Shown in pieces: positions 53,629 to 64,000 of a stretch of 64,000 nt of DNA. Positions within the stretch are counted from its first letter, which is position 1. Every line of letters begins with the position of its first letter. The stretch is from contig NC_043006.1 of NCBI RefSeq assembly GCF_006345805.1, forward strand, positions 24,614,001-24,678,000, given 5' to 3'. Under the pieces are notes generated by a model that did no database searches, was not told where the DNA came from, and saw nothing but the letters and a program-made list of their open reading frames with translations. The translations under genes were made by a program, and so were the position numbers. Source of the DNA: Octopus sinensis. Its lineage: Eukaryota.

Positions 53629-53689
53629 AGAAGACAGTTTCAACAACAGTACCAATGCATGGTCTACAGATGTTTTGCAAGCTTTTGAG
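53629..53689 (+). other. Candidate spliced exon of a plus-strand transcript
   Basis: Acceptor ttttaaactattttag, donor GAG/gtaagt; 61 nt; no recognisable homology. Confidence 0.4.
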
Positions 53690-54397
53690 GTAAGTTAGAA
53701 AATACCCAAGGATTTTTAGAGAACTCTGATGTTTTAAAAGCATTGCACTGGTAGAAAAATGCAATGCATGCTCTATTCCCTGTTTTAAAACCATTTTGAT
53801 ACTTGTCTTTATATAATAAAACTTTTAAAAAGCAGATGGAATGATATAAAACTTTGAGTGCCTTATTCAGAGTCTGTAGTTAAAAAAAAATTTGAAAATT
53901 TCTACTTTAAAGAATATGATTGGAAATTCAACCTATTTGACTAATCCTGGAGTCTGGAGAGTTCTTAGGCTGGCCAGCTCCTGTCAAACCATGCAACCTA
54001 TGCCAGCATAGAAAACAGATGAAATATATATGTATATACAAAGAGAGAGGGAGAGAGAGAAAGAGAGCAGATAGACAATCAGATAAAACGAATTAGAAGC
54101 ATTATGAAAGCAAAAGATAATGTTTATTTACAGAGTACTATACATATTTTTTATAGCTGGATATTCCGTCTATTTTACAGCTATTACTTTTGACTTCATA
54201 AAGAGATATGGATAGGGAGGCAAAACAAATAGTTATAATATAAAAATAGAATATACAGCCTCATAGATATGTATATTGAAATGCATACACACATGTCAAT
54301 ATGTATGCACGTATATTTGTAAAGTTATGGAGTAGAAATCACATTTTAATTAATATCCATTGAATTATTTTTTTCAGTTTTATTCGTTAAAATATTA

Positions 54398-55875
54398 GTC
54401 TTGATACAAAGTCCTAATAAGTAGGAAGACAGGCGAACCACAAATCCCTTCAGGTAGATGGCCCTGCTCAATCTGTAGTAGAGGCATAGGTAAAAACTCT
54501 ATAAGATGTACCCAATGTAAGCTATGGACACATAAGAGGTGCAGTAATATCAAAGGAAGGCTAACTGGGAAGATAGTTTTTGTATGTGGCAGATGCTCGG
54601 GAGCAATAAACACTGAAAATGCTCAGGAAACAACTTCCGCCATGTTTCAAGGAGAAAAACTAGTAGTTGATAGCTTCTGTTACCTAGGTGACCTAGTCAG
54701 TTGTGGGGGAGGGTGCACTGAAAGTGTAACTCCTAGAATAAGAATAGCCTGGGCAAAGTTCAGAGAGCTCCTACCTCTACTGGTGACAAAGGGCCTCTCT
54801 CTCAGAGTAAAAGGTAGATTGTATGACCCATGTGTACGAACAGCCATGCTACATGGCAGTGAAACATAGGCTGTGACTGCTGAGGATATGGGTAAGCTCG
54901 CAAGGAATGAAGCCAGTATGATCTGATGGATGTGTAATGTCAGTGTGCATACTCGAAGGAGTGTAAGTACCTTGAGAGAAAAGTCGGACCAGATGTGGTG
55001 CGCAAGAGAGATGACTGTGCTGGTATGGTCATGTGGCAAGAATGGATGAGAATAGCTGTGTGAAAAGAACCACACCCTAGTGGTTGAGGGAACCTGTGGA
55101 AGAGGTAGACCCAGGAAGACTTGGGATGAAGTGGTGAAGCACGACCTTCAAACTTTAGGCCTCACCAAGGCAATGACTAGTGACTGAGACTTTTGGAAAT
55201 ATGTTGTGCTTGAGAAGACCCGGCAACCCAAATGAGACCATAACCTCATGGCCTATGCCAGGGGCGTAACCAGCCCATTTATGCGTACCTTTCCTTTTTT
55301 GGAAACTAAACTCTGTTTGTGAAGACCTGTTGAGGCAAGTGAAATTGAAATCAAATTTGATGACTGGCATCTGTGCTAGTGGGGCGCTAAGAGCACCATC
55401 CGAGCATGATCGTTGACAGAGTGGCTAACTGGCTTCCATGCCGGTGGCACGTAAAAACCAGCATTCAAATGTGATCGTTACCAGCGTCACCTTACTGGCA
55501 CTTGTGCCCCATGCTAGTGGGGTGCTACAAGCCCCATCCGAGTGTGATTGTTGCCAGAGCGGTGGCATGTAAAAGGTACCATTTGAGCATGATCGTTACC
55601 AGCGTCACCTTACTGGCATTTGTGCCGGTGGCATGTGAAAAAACATTCGAGCGAGGTCGTTGCCAGTACAGCCTGACTGGCCCCCATGTCACTGGCATGT
55701 AAAAGCACCCACTACACTCTCGGAGTAGTTGGCGTTAGGAAGGGCATCCAGCTGTAGAAACTCTGCCAGATTAAGATTGGAGCCTGGTGCAGCCATCTGG
55801 TTCGCCAGTCCTCAGTCAAATCATCCAACCCATGCTAGCATGGAAAGCGGACATTAAACAATGATGATGATGATG
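54398..55875 (+). mobile_element. RTE LINE 3' portion
   Basis: VDSFCYLG, RIAWAKFRELLPLL, KGRLYDPCVRTAMLHGSET*, GRGRPRKTW; UTR repeats; (ATG)n tail. Confidence 0.85.
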
Positions 55876-56761
55876 ACAGCTCGTATATATAACTGTTTGT
55901 AAATCTTTTGTATTTTGTTGTGTTCATGTGTGTCTTGTTGACTATAATATACATAAACTTTATAGTTAGTTGTGTCTCCAATGAACAGCAATAAGTGAAA
56001 ACTGGAAAGATAGAGAGAGGATATTCTGCTACTTGTTACTTTAGTCTGAATACCATAATGAATTAAACAATTATACTGCATGACTTGTATAGGAGTGCAG
56101 AAGAAGAGTGGGAGCTAATAAGTGAACTGTGCATGAGAAAGAGAAAGTGGGTTATAGCGTAATAGTTACCAACTACCACAGTTTTTCATTGTTTCTCTTT
56201 AAAATGAATAATATAGTACAGGTACATGGTTTCAGTCAAGATTGACAATGGTATTTTTCTCTTTAGCACTCTGTCAAATGCAATGCTTATTTATTCATAT
56301 TGTTTTGAATTAATCATAAATCATAATGTAGGTTTGAGATTTTTATGTGATTGTTTATATTTAGAATGACATAATAGGGTAGGTGTAAGAGGCTGGATCA
56401 GCTAGTTTGAACACAGAACATAGAATATTTAGGCCAGATTTGGTTGGTTTAAATGATAAAGGGTTAAGTAAAAACTAACAATGACAGAGAGTAAATGAAT
56501 GTCATGAGCACTAAATGAATAGATCTATGTTCAAAGGTATATCCAGAATCATGCTATGCAATATGTTTCCTTTTTTTAAGATTATAAACTATAATTTGAA
56601 GGAGACTTGGCTGCTTTTTCAAGCATGCAAGTGAATATATAGGAGCTAATTTGTTGTCTTAAATGTAGAAGGCAGAGCTACATGAGGAGGAACTGAACTC
56701 TTGAATGACAATAAATAACACTTTAAGGTTGTCTTCAAATAAACTTTGTTTCCACTTGCAG

Positions 56762-56868
56762 GTTAGAGAGATGCAGCCCTCTCCTTCCTGTTATTTTCTA
56801 CTGGGTCATAGGTGCAAGGGCCATGCCTACAGCTACTTAACACAGGAACAGTGAGAGTGCACGAGAAG
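56762..56868 (+). other. Candidate non-coding exon of a plus-strand transcript
   Basis: Acceptor ctttgtttccacttgcag, donor AAG/gtcagt; stops in all three frames. Confidence 0.4.
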
Positions 56869-57451
56869 GTCAGTTTCTTTTACTATGAAGTCATATTTCA
56901 ATGTGATTGACAGGTGAGAGATTGCAGACAGCCAAATATCTCTTTCTATTAATGTAAAAGAGATTACACTAAACATTGGGTTTTGAGTAGTTGAAAATCT
57001 TCTCCAAAATAAATTTCTTAAGAAAGTTAATTGTTCAGTTAGCATTATAGAAAGAATATAGTGTTAATGAGAATTCGATGTAATTCAGCTTTTAAAAAAA
57101 TCCCCAAAACAAGAAAAGCCAACAACATGATAAAAATAGTTTCATAGTTATGCTATGAATTTACCTGCCATTTCGATTTTTGGCTACCATGTGTACTAAG
57201 AGCATTAAAAATTCATATCACTTTGCATAGAAGATAAATTTGAAGGAAAGCTAGCAATTTCTAGTTTTCCTTCAAAAGCAACAAAAATTATATGATTACA
57301 TAAAAAAAATGACAAAAACTTCAGTAAAAATTTCACTTAAGATAAATGCAGGCATATTATAGTTGCAAGCTTACTTAACAACATGGTTTTGGTTTCAGTC
57401 ACATGGCACCTTCTATAGCCCTTTGTCAAATGGAATTTGGTAGATGGAAAC

Positions 57452-57491
<40 letters not shown>

Positions 57492-57532
57492 GATAGATAT
57501 ATATATATAATATGGGTAAAAATATAGAAACA

Positions 57533-58595
57533 AGAAGTTGAAAATGCGCTACGAGTATTTTTAAAGGCTTGACTGGTTTCACAGATTTTTCTGATTTTCA
57601 GAAGTTAAGTGAAATAGAAAGATATGGGGTTACACCACAACTGTCTTGCTTCTGACTGGAGTTTGAAAATTCTCTTGATTTTATAGAGAGAGCCTGGCTC
57701 AATTTAGTATCTGTTTAGGATACAATTTGATTGGTAAAGGATGATAATGTGATTAGGCTTAGAAATGTATTAATGTCATGTGACACTATTTTTGATGATG
57801 TAAGTTATGGCTGACATGGTTAAATGAATGTGTCTACTGACAGTCCAAAACAATCAGGGCTCTCTAAATGTAATCTGTCAAATGGTAGCATGGATAGAAG
57901 TTGTTTGTATGTATTCCAGTGGCTAAATGGTTATGATTTGTACATATGCATGTAAACATACATTTTTTGTGTTAGTGCCATGTGAGAAAAAGTCATGACT
58001 GTATCCAAAGTTTAGGTTATTAATTGTGTGAATTCAATGTCAAGTGAGTTTGTGCATGAGTAGTTGAAAGGGTTAAAGTTTATTCAGTCTTGATTTGTAT
58101 TTTTGTATGAATATATTTCCTTTGTTTATTTGTGTTTGATCTATGGTATTGACTGAACACAGGTAAAGTGGGAAGACTTGGAATTTGGCGGACCTATTTT
58201 TTGCACATATGTCTTTAATAAAGCTGATGCAATTCCCTAGACACAAGTCTCTAGGCACATTTACTCAACTCTTTTAGCCATAACTTATGGCACTAAAAAT
58301 ACTGTTACATGACATTAATATATGTATGTAGTGGGGAACTCACAAAAATGTTAAAATCTAATCATGTGACCATCCTTTGCCAATCAAATTGTATCCTAAA
58401 CACATACTAATTCAAGCCATGTTCTCTCTGTTAAAACAACAAAATTTTTGAACTCCAGTCAGAACCATAACAGTTGTGACATAGCCCCATGTCTTTCAAT
58501 CTCACTTAACTACTGAAAACTAGAAAAATCTGTGAAACTGGCTAAGCCTTAAAAACAAACTACCTAATACACTCAAATTGTATTTTCAACTTCTT
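57533..58595. mobile_element. Old head-to-head inverted repeat (family D) with degenerate hammerheads
   Basis: Arms ~57533-57812 and ~58276-58595; CTGAAAA-TCAGA-AAAA-TCTGT-GAAA-CCAGTC on minus and CTGAAAA-CTAGA-AAAA-TCTGT-GAAA-CTGGCT on plus. Confidence 0.6.
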
Positions 58596-58897
58596 TTCCC
58601 TATGTGTGTGTGTGTACCTTTGAGTTTGTTTCTCATCACCATTTGATAACCAATGTTGCTTTGGTTATGTTTAGCATTAAGAGACAAAGAAAATAAATAC
58701 TAAACTAAAAAAAAAAAATACTGGGGTTTATTTGTTAGTCTAAACCCTTCAAGGCAGTGCACTAGCATAGCTGCAGTCCAATGACTGAAAAAGTAAAAGG
58801 ATGCAAAAATATAAAATTTAGGAAAATATGAAGTAATTGTGACCAGATTTTTAAAATCATGATTTTTAAGAAATATAAAAAAAATGACAAAAATTTG

Positions 58898-59041
58898 TTA
58901 ATCAATTAGGAAACCAAAAGCAAATTTCATGTTTGGGTTTTGGTTATCACAGATGTTGAGTTCCAAGTATGGAATACTTTTGTTGGGGTTAGCAGAAAGA
59001 CATTTACCACTGGCTTCATTGTACAGCATTGATGGTGCAGA
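58898..59041 (-). CDS. GALNT11: Terminal exon of a GALNT11-like polypeptide N-acetylgalactosaminyltransferase (SAPSMLYNEASGKCLSANPNKSIPYLELNICDNQNPNMKFAFGFLID*)
   Basis: Acceptor ttcttatttccag, phase 0, ricin repeat LYNxxSGKCL; subfamily call is by recalled similarity. Confidence 0.8.
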   Translation of the reverse strand, partial: SAPSMLYNEASGKCLSANPNKSIPYLELNICDNQNPNMKFAFGFLID

Positions 59042-59526
59042 CTGGAAATAAGAAAAATTCGAAATATATTATTAATTTTGTTTTTTATGTTTTGAATATA
59101 AATTAAATAACTAATTTAAATTAATTGTAAATAAAGAAGATATTTTAAGCTGTGATTTATTATTTTTTTAAATACAAAATAAATGATTAAACATTTCAAT
59201 ATTTGTTCAACTAATAAAAAAAAAAGGATTCGATTTAAAAAAAACATTTTACACAAGATAAAACCTAGGTATTTTCCATGTCTGACACACTTAAAAGACA
59301 GGGGTTTTAAAATTGAATATGCTTTGAGATTGACATGAAAGTAAATCATTTGATTAGACTGGTCATTAAACCAACATATCTATTAGATTCACTTGACCAA
59401 TATATCTCCCAGGCTTCATTAAACACATCTTTCAGATCTGTCAGGCTAACTGGTCTGTTTAGACCAACACACCTGTAAGGTCTGAATCTGAAAGATTAAC
59501 ACATTTATTAAAACTAATAGACTTAC

Positions 59527-59673
59527 TGAATTGAACCACATCCATTCTTGAGTTCCTCTACTATTATGACATTTCATTAACCTTGGAAAGCTTTTCTTGA
59601 ATCCAACATCATTGATTTCCAGACATAACTTATTAGCTAATTTCAGTTCATTATCAAATGTTTGATACCATTG
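59527..59673 (-). CDS. GALNT11: GALNT11-like lectin-domain exon (QWYQTFDNELKLANKLCLEINDVGFKKSFPRLMKCHNSRGTQEWMWFNS)
   Basis: Acceptor taatttgcag, donor TCA/gtaagt; PRLMKCH..G.Q.W matches GALNT11 ELVLNSLLCLD..PRLMKCHGSGGSQQW. Confidence 0.85.
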
Positions 59674-61677
59674 CTGCAAATTAATATATATAATGGATGT
59701 AAAATTGTACAAAAAAAATATAGAGCATCAAATAATGAACAAGAAAACTGGTTAAGTTTTTATAATTTATATCTTTCATAAATCCAAAACACCTGTAAGG
59801 TCTGAACCTGAAAGATTAACACATTTATTAAATGCATAGTGGTGAGTCCCTTAACACATCGAGGTATAAGGGCACCAATGAAAACTTGCCTCTATGGCAC
59901 ATCTGAAGCATAATCCTCTCCTAATTACACTCATCATTGCAAATGCACTCAATACAACATGCTACTGAAACATCCAATTTTAGAGTGCTCCCATTGTTTA
60001 CAGAAGTGAATTCTGGTAACCAATGGTATTCACTGATAAATAAGTCACTTTTGAAATGGACCCAACATAAATAAAAAGGTGAGTAACAAGCAGTCAACTA
60101 ACTCAGATATTTGTTGTAGGTGCTTGTATTTATAAATGTATGGAAATGTGTCTGACTCTTTGTGTACATGTGTATGCTCAAGTGTACTGTATTTACAGAG
60201 AACAAAACTTCCTCATTTATGATAAAAATAAGAAGTCAAAAGGGCATCACCCTGATGACCTAAAAGCTTACAGTTTGTATCCTATCAATAATGTTTCACA
60301 ATATCCCTGGCATAATTCTCAGTAACACAATCAATTTAGCTGTAAACAGGTACCATAACATGTCACAGCACAGTGGTGTAAGCAGTAAAGACTTTGACAA
60401 TTGTTTCACTAGTTCGTAGTGTAAAGATCAAAATTACTCATAGGCCTAGAGAAACAATAGGAAATACTCTAGTATTTTTACCTTTGAGTCCCAACATAAA
60501 GACAATGTTCTGACTGGTGATCCAATAATCTATGAGGCCATGGGACACTATACAAGCAGGAAAATCTTGATAAACTAATAGTATAAGTGTATCTCTGACT
60601 AACATCAACGTCAGAATTAAAAATTAGATATTTTGCAGAATTCTTGACATTAACATTATGTAAAAGAGTTACTAGACCAAACAGTCGGCTTTAGAATATT
60701 TAATATGCATTGGTTTGGAAGAGAGAAAGGCAAAATACAGAAAGGTGCAGTGGTTTAGGTGTATCTGTAGAAAAGCTTGTTCACTTGAAACTGCAATAAT
60801 GTTTTGAAAAATAGAAGGTAAAAGGAAAAGAGAGTAGCCTAGAAGAGACTCAATGGAATGTGATTATTGGAATCCATAAAGAAAGCTCAAGACTGAGAAG
60901 AAAAATATTGGCAGAAATGCCATGGAATGACTTATATGACTAAGGGTATGATTAATTTCTTTATGGGACTGTAATGATTAATAAATGTTAGTCACCAATT
61001 CATAACAGTTAAAATTAAGATCTAATTTTAATGGTTTATAAACAATGGAAGTCACCAATTATAATAATCAAATGTAATGTTAGTATGCATTGAATGAAAG
61101 ATATTGTTAGTTGAAATGGTCTTTTATTTATATTGTTATTATTGTTACAATGTAGAAGACAACTTCTTATAGAAGTAGTTGTATACATATTACTTGTGTA
61201 GATAGTAAATTCGTCTGTGGGTGACTACTAGAGAGAGTGATTCTAGCCAAGTAGAAAGTAAAAGCTGCAAAGTCCTTTGCATAAAGGTGCTTCCTCCATC
61301 AGGACTGGAAGAAAGGAAAAGAAAGACAGATGCTCTTTGGCCAGAGGCCTTACGACCAAAAGAGGTAGAAATGATTTGGGTTTGCTTATTTATATCCTTC
61401 CTAATGAAACTAGGTCAGGCTAAACAACTGATTTTTTCCTCTGTATAAGTTTTGATCCATGTATGACTTGAGAAAGGCTAAGAGATCAGTTCACTTTCAT
61501 AAATTTCCTAGTGCAACAAGCAAGAATAACAGGCAGAGGACTTGTAGGAAAATGTGGATTCAGTTTTGAATCCTGGCTTAGAAATTTGGTAGCAAATCAC
61601 AACAGAACATCAACAATAAATCAACTCTAATATGGTATACAAATGACAATTTTGGAGTAATCACAGAATATACAAAC

Positions 61678-61788
61678 CTGCTTCTTTATTTTGGAGTTGG
61701 AATCACATTTAGCTAAAATCAGCTTTGAATGCTTAGTATATATTTCCTGAGCTGACTGAATACATAAGCCTGATGCAATATGTACAAT
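61678..61788 (-). CDS. GALNT11: GALNT11-like lectin-domain exon (IVHIASGLCIQSAQEIYTKHSKLILAKCDSNSKIKKQ)
   Basis: Acceptor ttttatttgcag, donor CAG/gtttgt, phase 0-0, first ricin repeat HxxSGLC..LxxC; upstream exons lie outside the window. Confidence 0.8.
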
Positions 61789-62149
61789 CTGCAAATAAAA
61801 TGAAAAATGTTATAAACATTAGCAAAGCTATTACAGTAGACTATGCTGGACTTATAGTCTGAGACAGTTCATATCCTGGCAACAGAATTCTTTTGTTTCA
61901 CTTTACAAAGTTTTGCTACAGTTAAAATATTCAGTCTAAGGCGTCAACTTTATCTTTGTAGCAGTTGACTATAATGCTGCTACACCAATCATTGGATATG
62001 ACTACCTCATGGAAAAGCTGATTAACTATACAGGTGACTATGTTATATCCTACTCCGTCAGATAAAAGCACCCATGCCAGTGACATGTAACAGGCACCTG
62101 TGCCGGTCACATGTAAAAGACACCTGTGCTGGTGAGATGTAATAGATGT

Positions 62150-62590
62150 TCTAGAGGAGTAAATGTCAAAACAAGAAAAATTGGAAAAATCAAGCAAAAA
62201 TATAAAATCAAAGATCTTATAACTCTTCCTGTGGCTAAGAAACTGTTGAAACTATACACAGCTACAGGTTAGAAGGCATGATAAAAGAAGCAAATTCTAT
62301 CGTCAAAACAAAATATTCAAAACCAATGCTAAGAAGTTTTATAAGGAAATTGGCAAAAATAGATATGGGTAAAAGAACGATCCAAAATTGAGGCGGTGGA
62401 AGAGTTTTGGAAGAAGATATGAAGCAATGGATAAGAGTTTAATGCTGAAGTCAACTGGATAGAATGTGAACAAATACTTGCCTGGCTAACAGAAGGATCG
62501 ATCTACTTACTACCAAAAATTCATGATAGAAAACCCGCAGAATTAATGTCTTAATACTACTTACAATATACAAATGATACATACATCTTT
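62150..62590 (+). mobile_element. R4/Dong-like LINE RT N-terminal remnant
   Basis: SKFYRQNKIFKTNAKKFYKEIG, VEEFWKKI, WLTEGSIYLLPK. Confidence 0.6.
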
Positions 62591-62686
62591 TCTAAACAAT
62601 CGTAATGGAGTTCTATATTCAAGAGATGAGGAATTATGTATATTATTTACATTTGGCGGATATTTGTCCTCATCTTGTTTGTTGTC

Positions 62687-62732
62687 AACACAATGTTTCG
62701 GCTGATATACTCTCCAGCCTTCATCAGGTGTC
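62687..62732 (-). ncRNA. Minimal hammerhead motif
   Basis: Reverse strand GACAC-CTGATGA-A-GGCTG-GAGAGTATAT-CAGCC-GAAA-CATT-GTGTT. Confidence 0.6.
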
Positions 62733-62965
62733 ATGGGGAAATTTTGAACCTGGGTTCTCATTTTTGAGGTATTTTTCGATGTTGTTGTTATTATTATTAG
62801 TATTATTTTTCAGGTAACTGCCTGGAATCGAACTTGGAATCTTGGTGTTAGTAGCCCATGCTGTTAACCACTACGTCACAGGCATATGGCATAGTGGTTA
62901 AGAGTGCGAGCTACTAACCCCAAGATTCCGAGTTCGATTCCAGGCAGTGACCTGAGTAATAATAA

Positions 62966-63722
62966 TCATCATCATCATCATCATCATCGTTTAACGTCCG
63001 TTCTCCATGCTAGCATGGGTTGGACAGTTCGACCGGGGATCTGGGAAGCCAGAAGGCTGCACCAGGCTCCAGTCTTATCTGGCAATGTTTCTACAGCTGG
63101 ATGCCCTTCCTAACGCCAACCACTCTGTGAGTGTAGTGGGTGCTTTTTACGTGCCACCTGCACAGGTGCCAGGCGAGGCTGGCAACGGCCACGGTCGGAT
63201 TGGTGTATTTTATGTGCCACCGGCACGGAAGCCACTGGAGGCGGCGCTGGCATCGGCCACGAGTCGGATAGTGCTTTTTACGTACCACCAGACCAGGGAT
63301 CCTGGCTGGTTCAATTCGATTTCGATTGCCCCAACATGTCTTCGCAAGCAAAGGGGGTTGGCATGGGTGCCTGTCGTACGGTTGGATTGGTGTATTTTAC
63401 GTGCCACCGGCACGGAAGCCAGTGGAGGCGGCGCTGGCATCGGCCACGAGTCGGATAGTGCTTTTTACGTACCACCAGAACAGGGATCCTGGCTGGTTCA
63501 GTTCGATTTCGATTTCGCTTGCCCCAACATGTCTTCGCAAGCAAAAGGGGTTGGCATGGGTGCCTGTCGTTGGATGAGGTTGTATATCGACTTCGCTTGC
63601 CTCAACAGGTCTTTGTGTCCAAGGGAGGAAAGGCATTCATAAGTGGGCTGGGCTCACTTGTCCTGCCTGGTCTTCTCACGTACAGCATATTTCCAAAGGT
63701 CTCGGTCGCTGGTCGTCGTCGT
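62966..63722 (-). mobile_element. RTE 3' UTR/tail inserted in the microsatellite linker of the family B plus arm
   Basis: (CAT)n-CGTTTAACGTCCG start; internal tandem duplication of about 150-185 bp. Confidence 0.8.
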
Positions 63723-63804
63723 CAACAACAACAACAACAACAGCAACAACAACAACATCGAAAAATACCTTAGGAATGAGAACCCAGGTTCAAAATTTCC
63801 CCAA

Positions 63805-63850
63805 GACACCTGATGAAGGCTGGAGGGTATATCAGCCGAAACATTGGGTT
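63805..63850 (+). ncRNA. Minimal hammerhead motif
   Basis: GACAC-CTGATGA(63810-63816)-A-GGCTG-GAGGGTATAT-CAGCC-GAAA(63838-63841)-CATT-GGGTT. Confidence 0.55.
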
Positions 63851-64000
63851 AACAATAAACAAGATGAGGACAGATATCTGTTAAATGTAAATAATGTACA
63901 ATCGTAATGGAATAAGTATTAACATCATGTAAGGCATCTTTCAAGATGACTCGCTCTCCCCATCACTTACCAAGGGGGGTGAGGGCTGCTAAGAACTGTC

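Larger units (their letters stand above)
62610..63897. mobile_element. Head-to-head tRNA-headed, hammerhead-bearing SINE (family B), copy 2, with 13-14 bp TSD and a nested RTE tail
   Basis: TSD ACAATCGTAATGGA at 62596-62609 and 63898-63911; minus arm 62610-62875, plus arm 62881-62965 and 63723-63897. Confidence 0.85.

Noticed and set aside
62881-62955. tRNA gene candidates (also 15395-15465, 44176-44250, 50533-50610)
   Set aside because: A and B boxes are present but acceptor stems do not close and each continues into a repeat body; these are SINE heads
63971-64000. Strong minus-strand donor TTG/gtaagt as a further GALNT exon
   Set aside because: The required phase-0 frame has a TAG within 30 nt and does not resemble the expected sequence

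Overview
AT-rich, microsatellite-dense animal DNA. The repeat families (RTE LINEs with (ATG)n tails, tRNA-headed SINEs, Penelope and Helitron remnants) look like those of an octopod cephalopod; this is recognition, not a database result. Two host genes lie on the minus strand. One is the last three coding exons of a GALNT11-like polypeptide GalNAc-transferase (ricin lectin domain, 58898-61788). The other is an unidentified gene with a strong first coding exon at 35570-35699 and probable last exons at 8642-8698 and 8271-8473. Almost everything else is intron or intergenic DNA filled with decayed mobile elements: mariner, Tc1, hAT, Merlin, piggyBac-like MITEs, Helitron, Gmr1-like Gypsy, RTE, CR1/L2-group, R4/Dong-like and Penelope-like elements, plus a DNAJC25 pseudogene fragment. 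The most striking signal is four unrelated repeat families that are all inserted as head-to-head palindromes and all carry minimal type I hammerhead ribozyme motifs of the Penelope kind (2371-2753; 15169-15676 and 62610-63897; 49363-49704; 57533-58595). One of these families is a tRNA-headed SINE with 12-14 bp target duplications and a fixed ~30-nt tail asymmetry, which suggests a ribozyme-bearing SINE mobilised by Penelope machinery.
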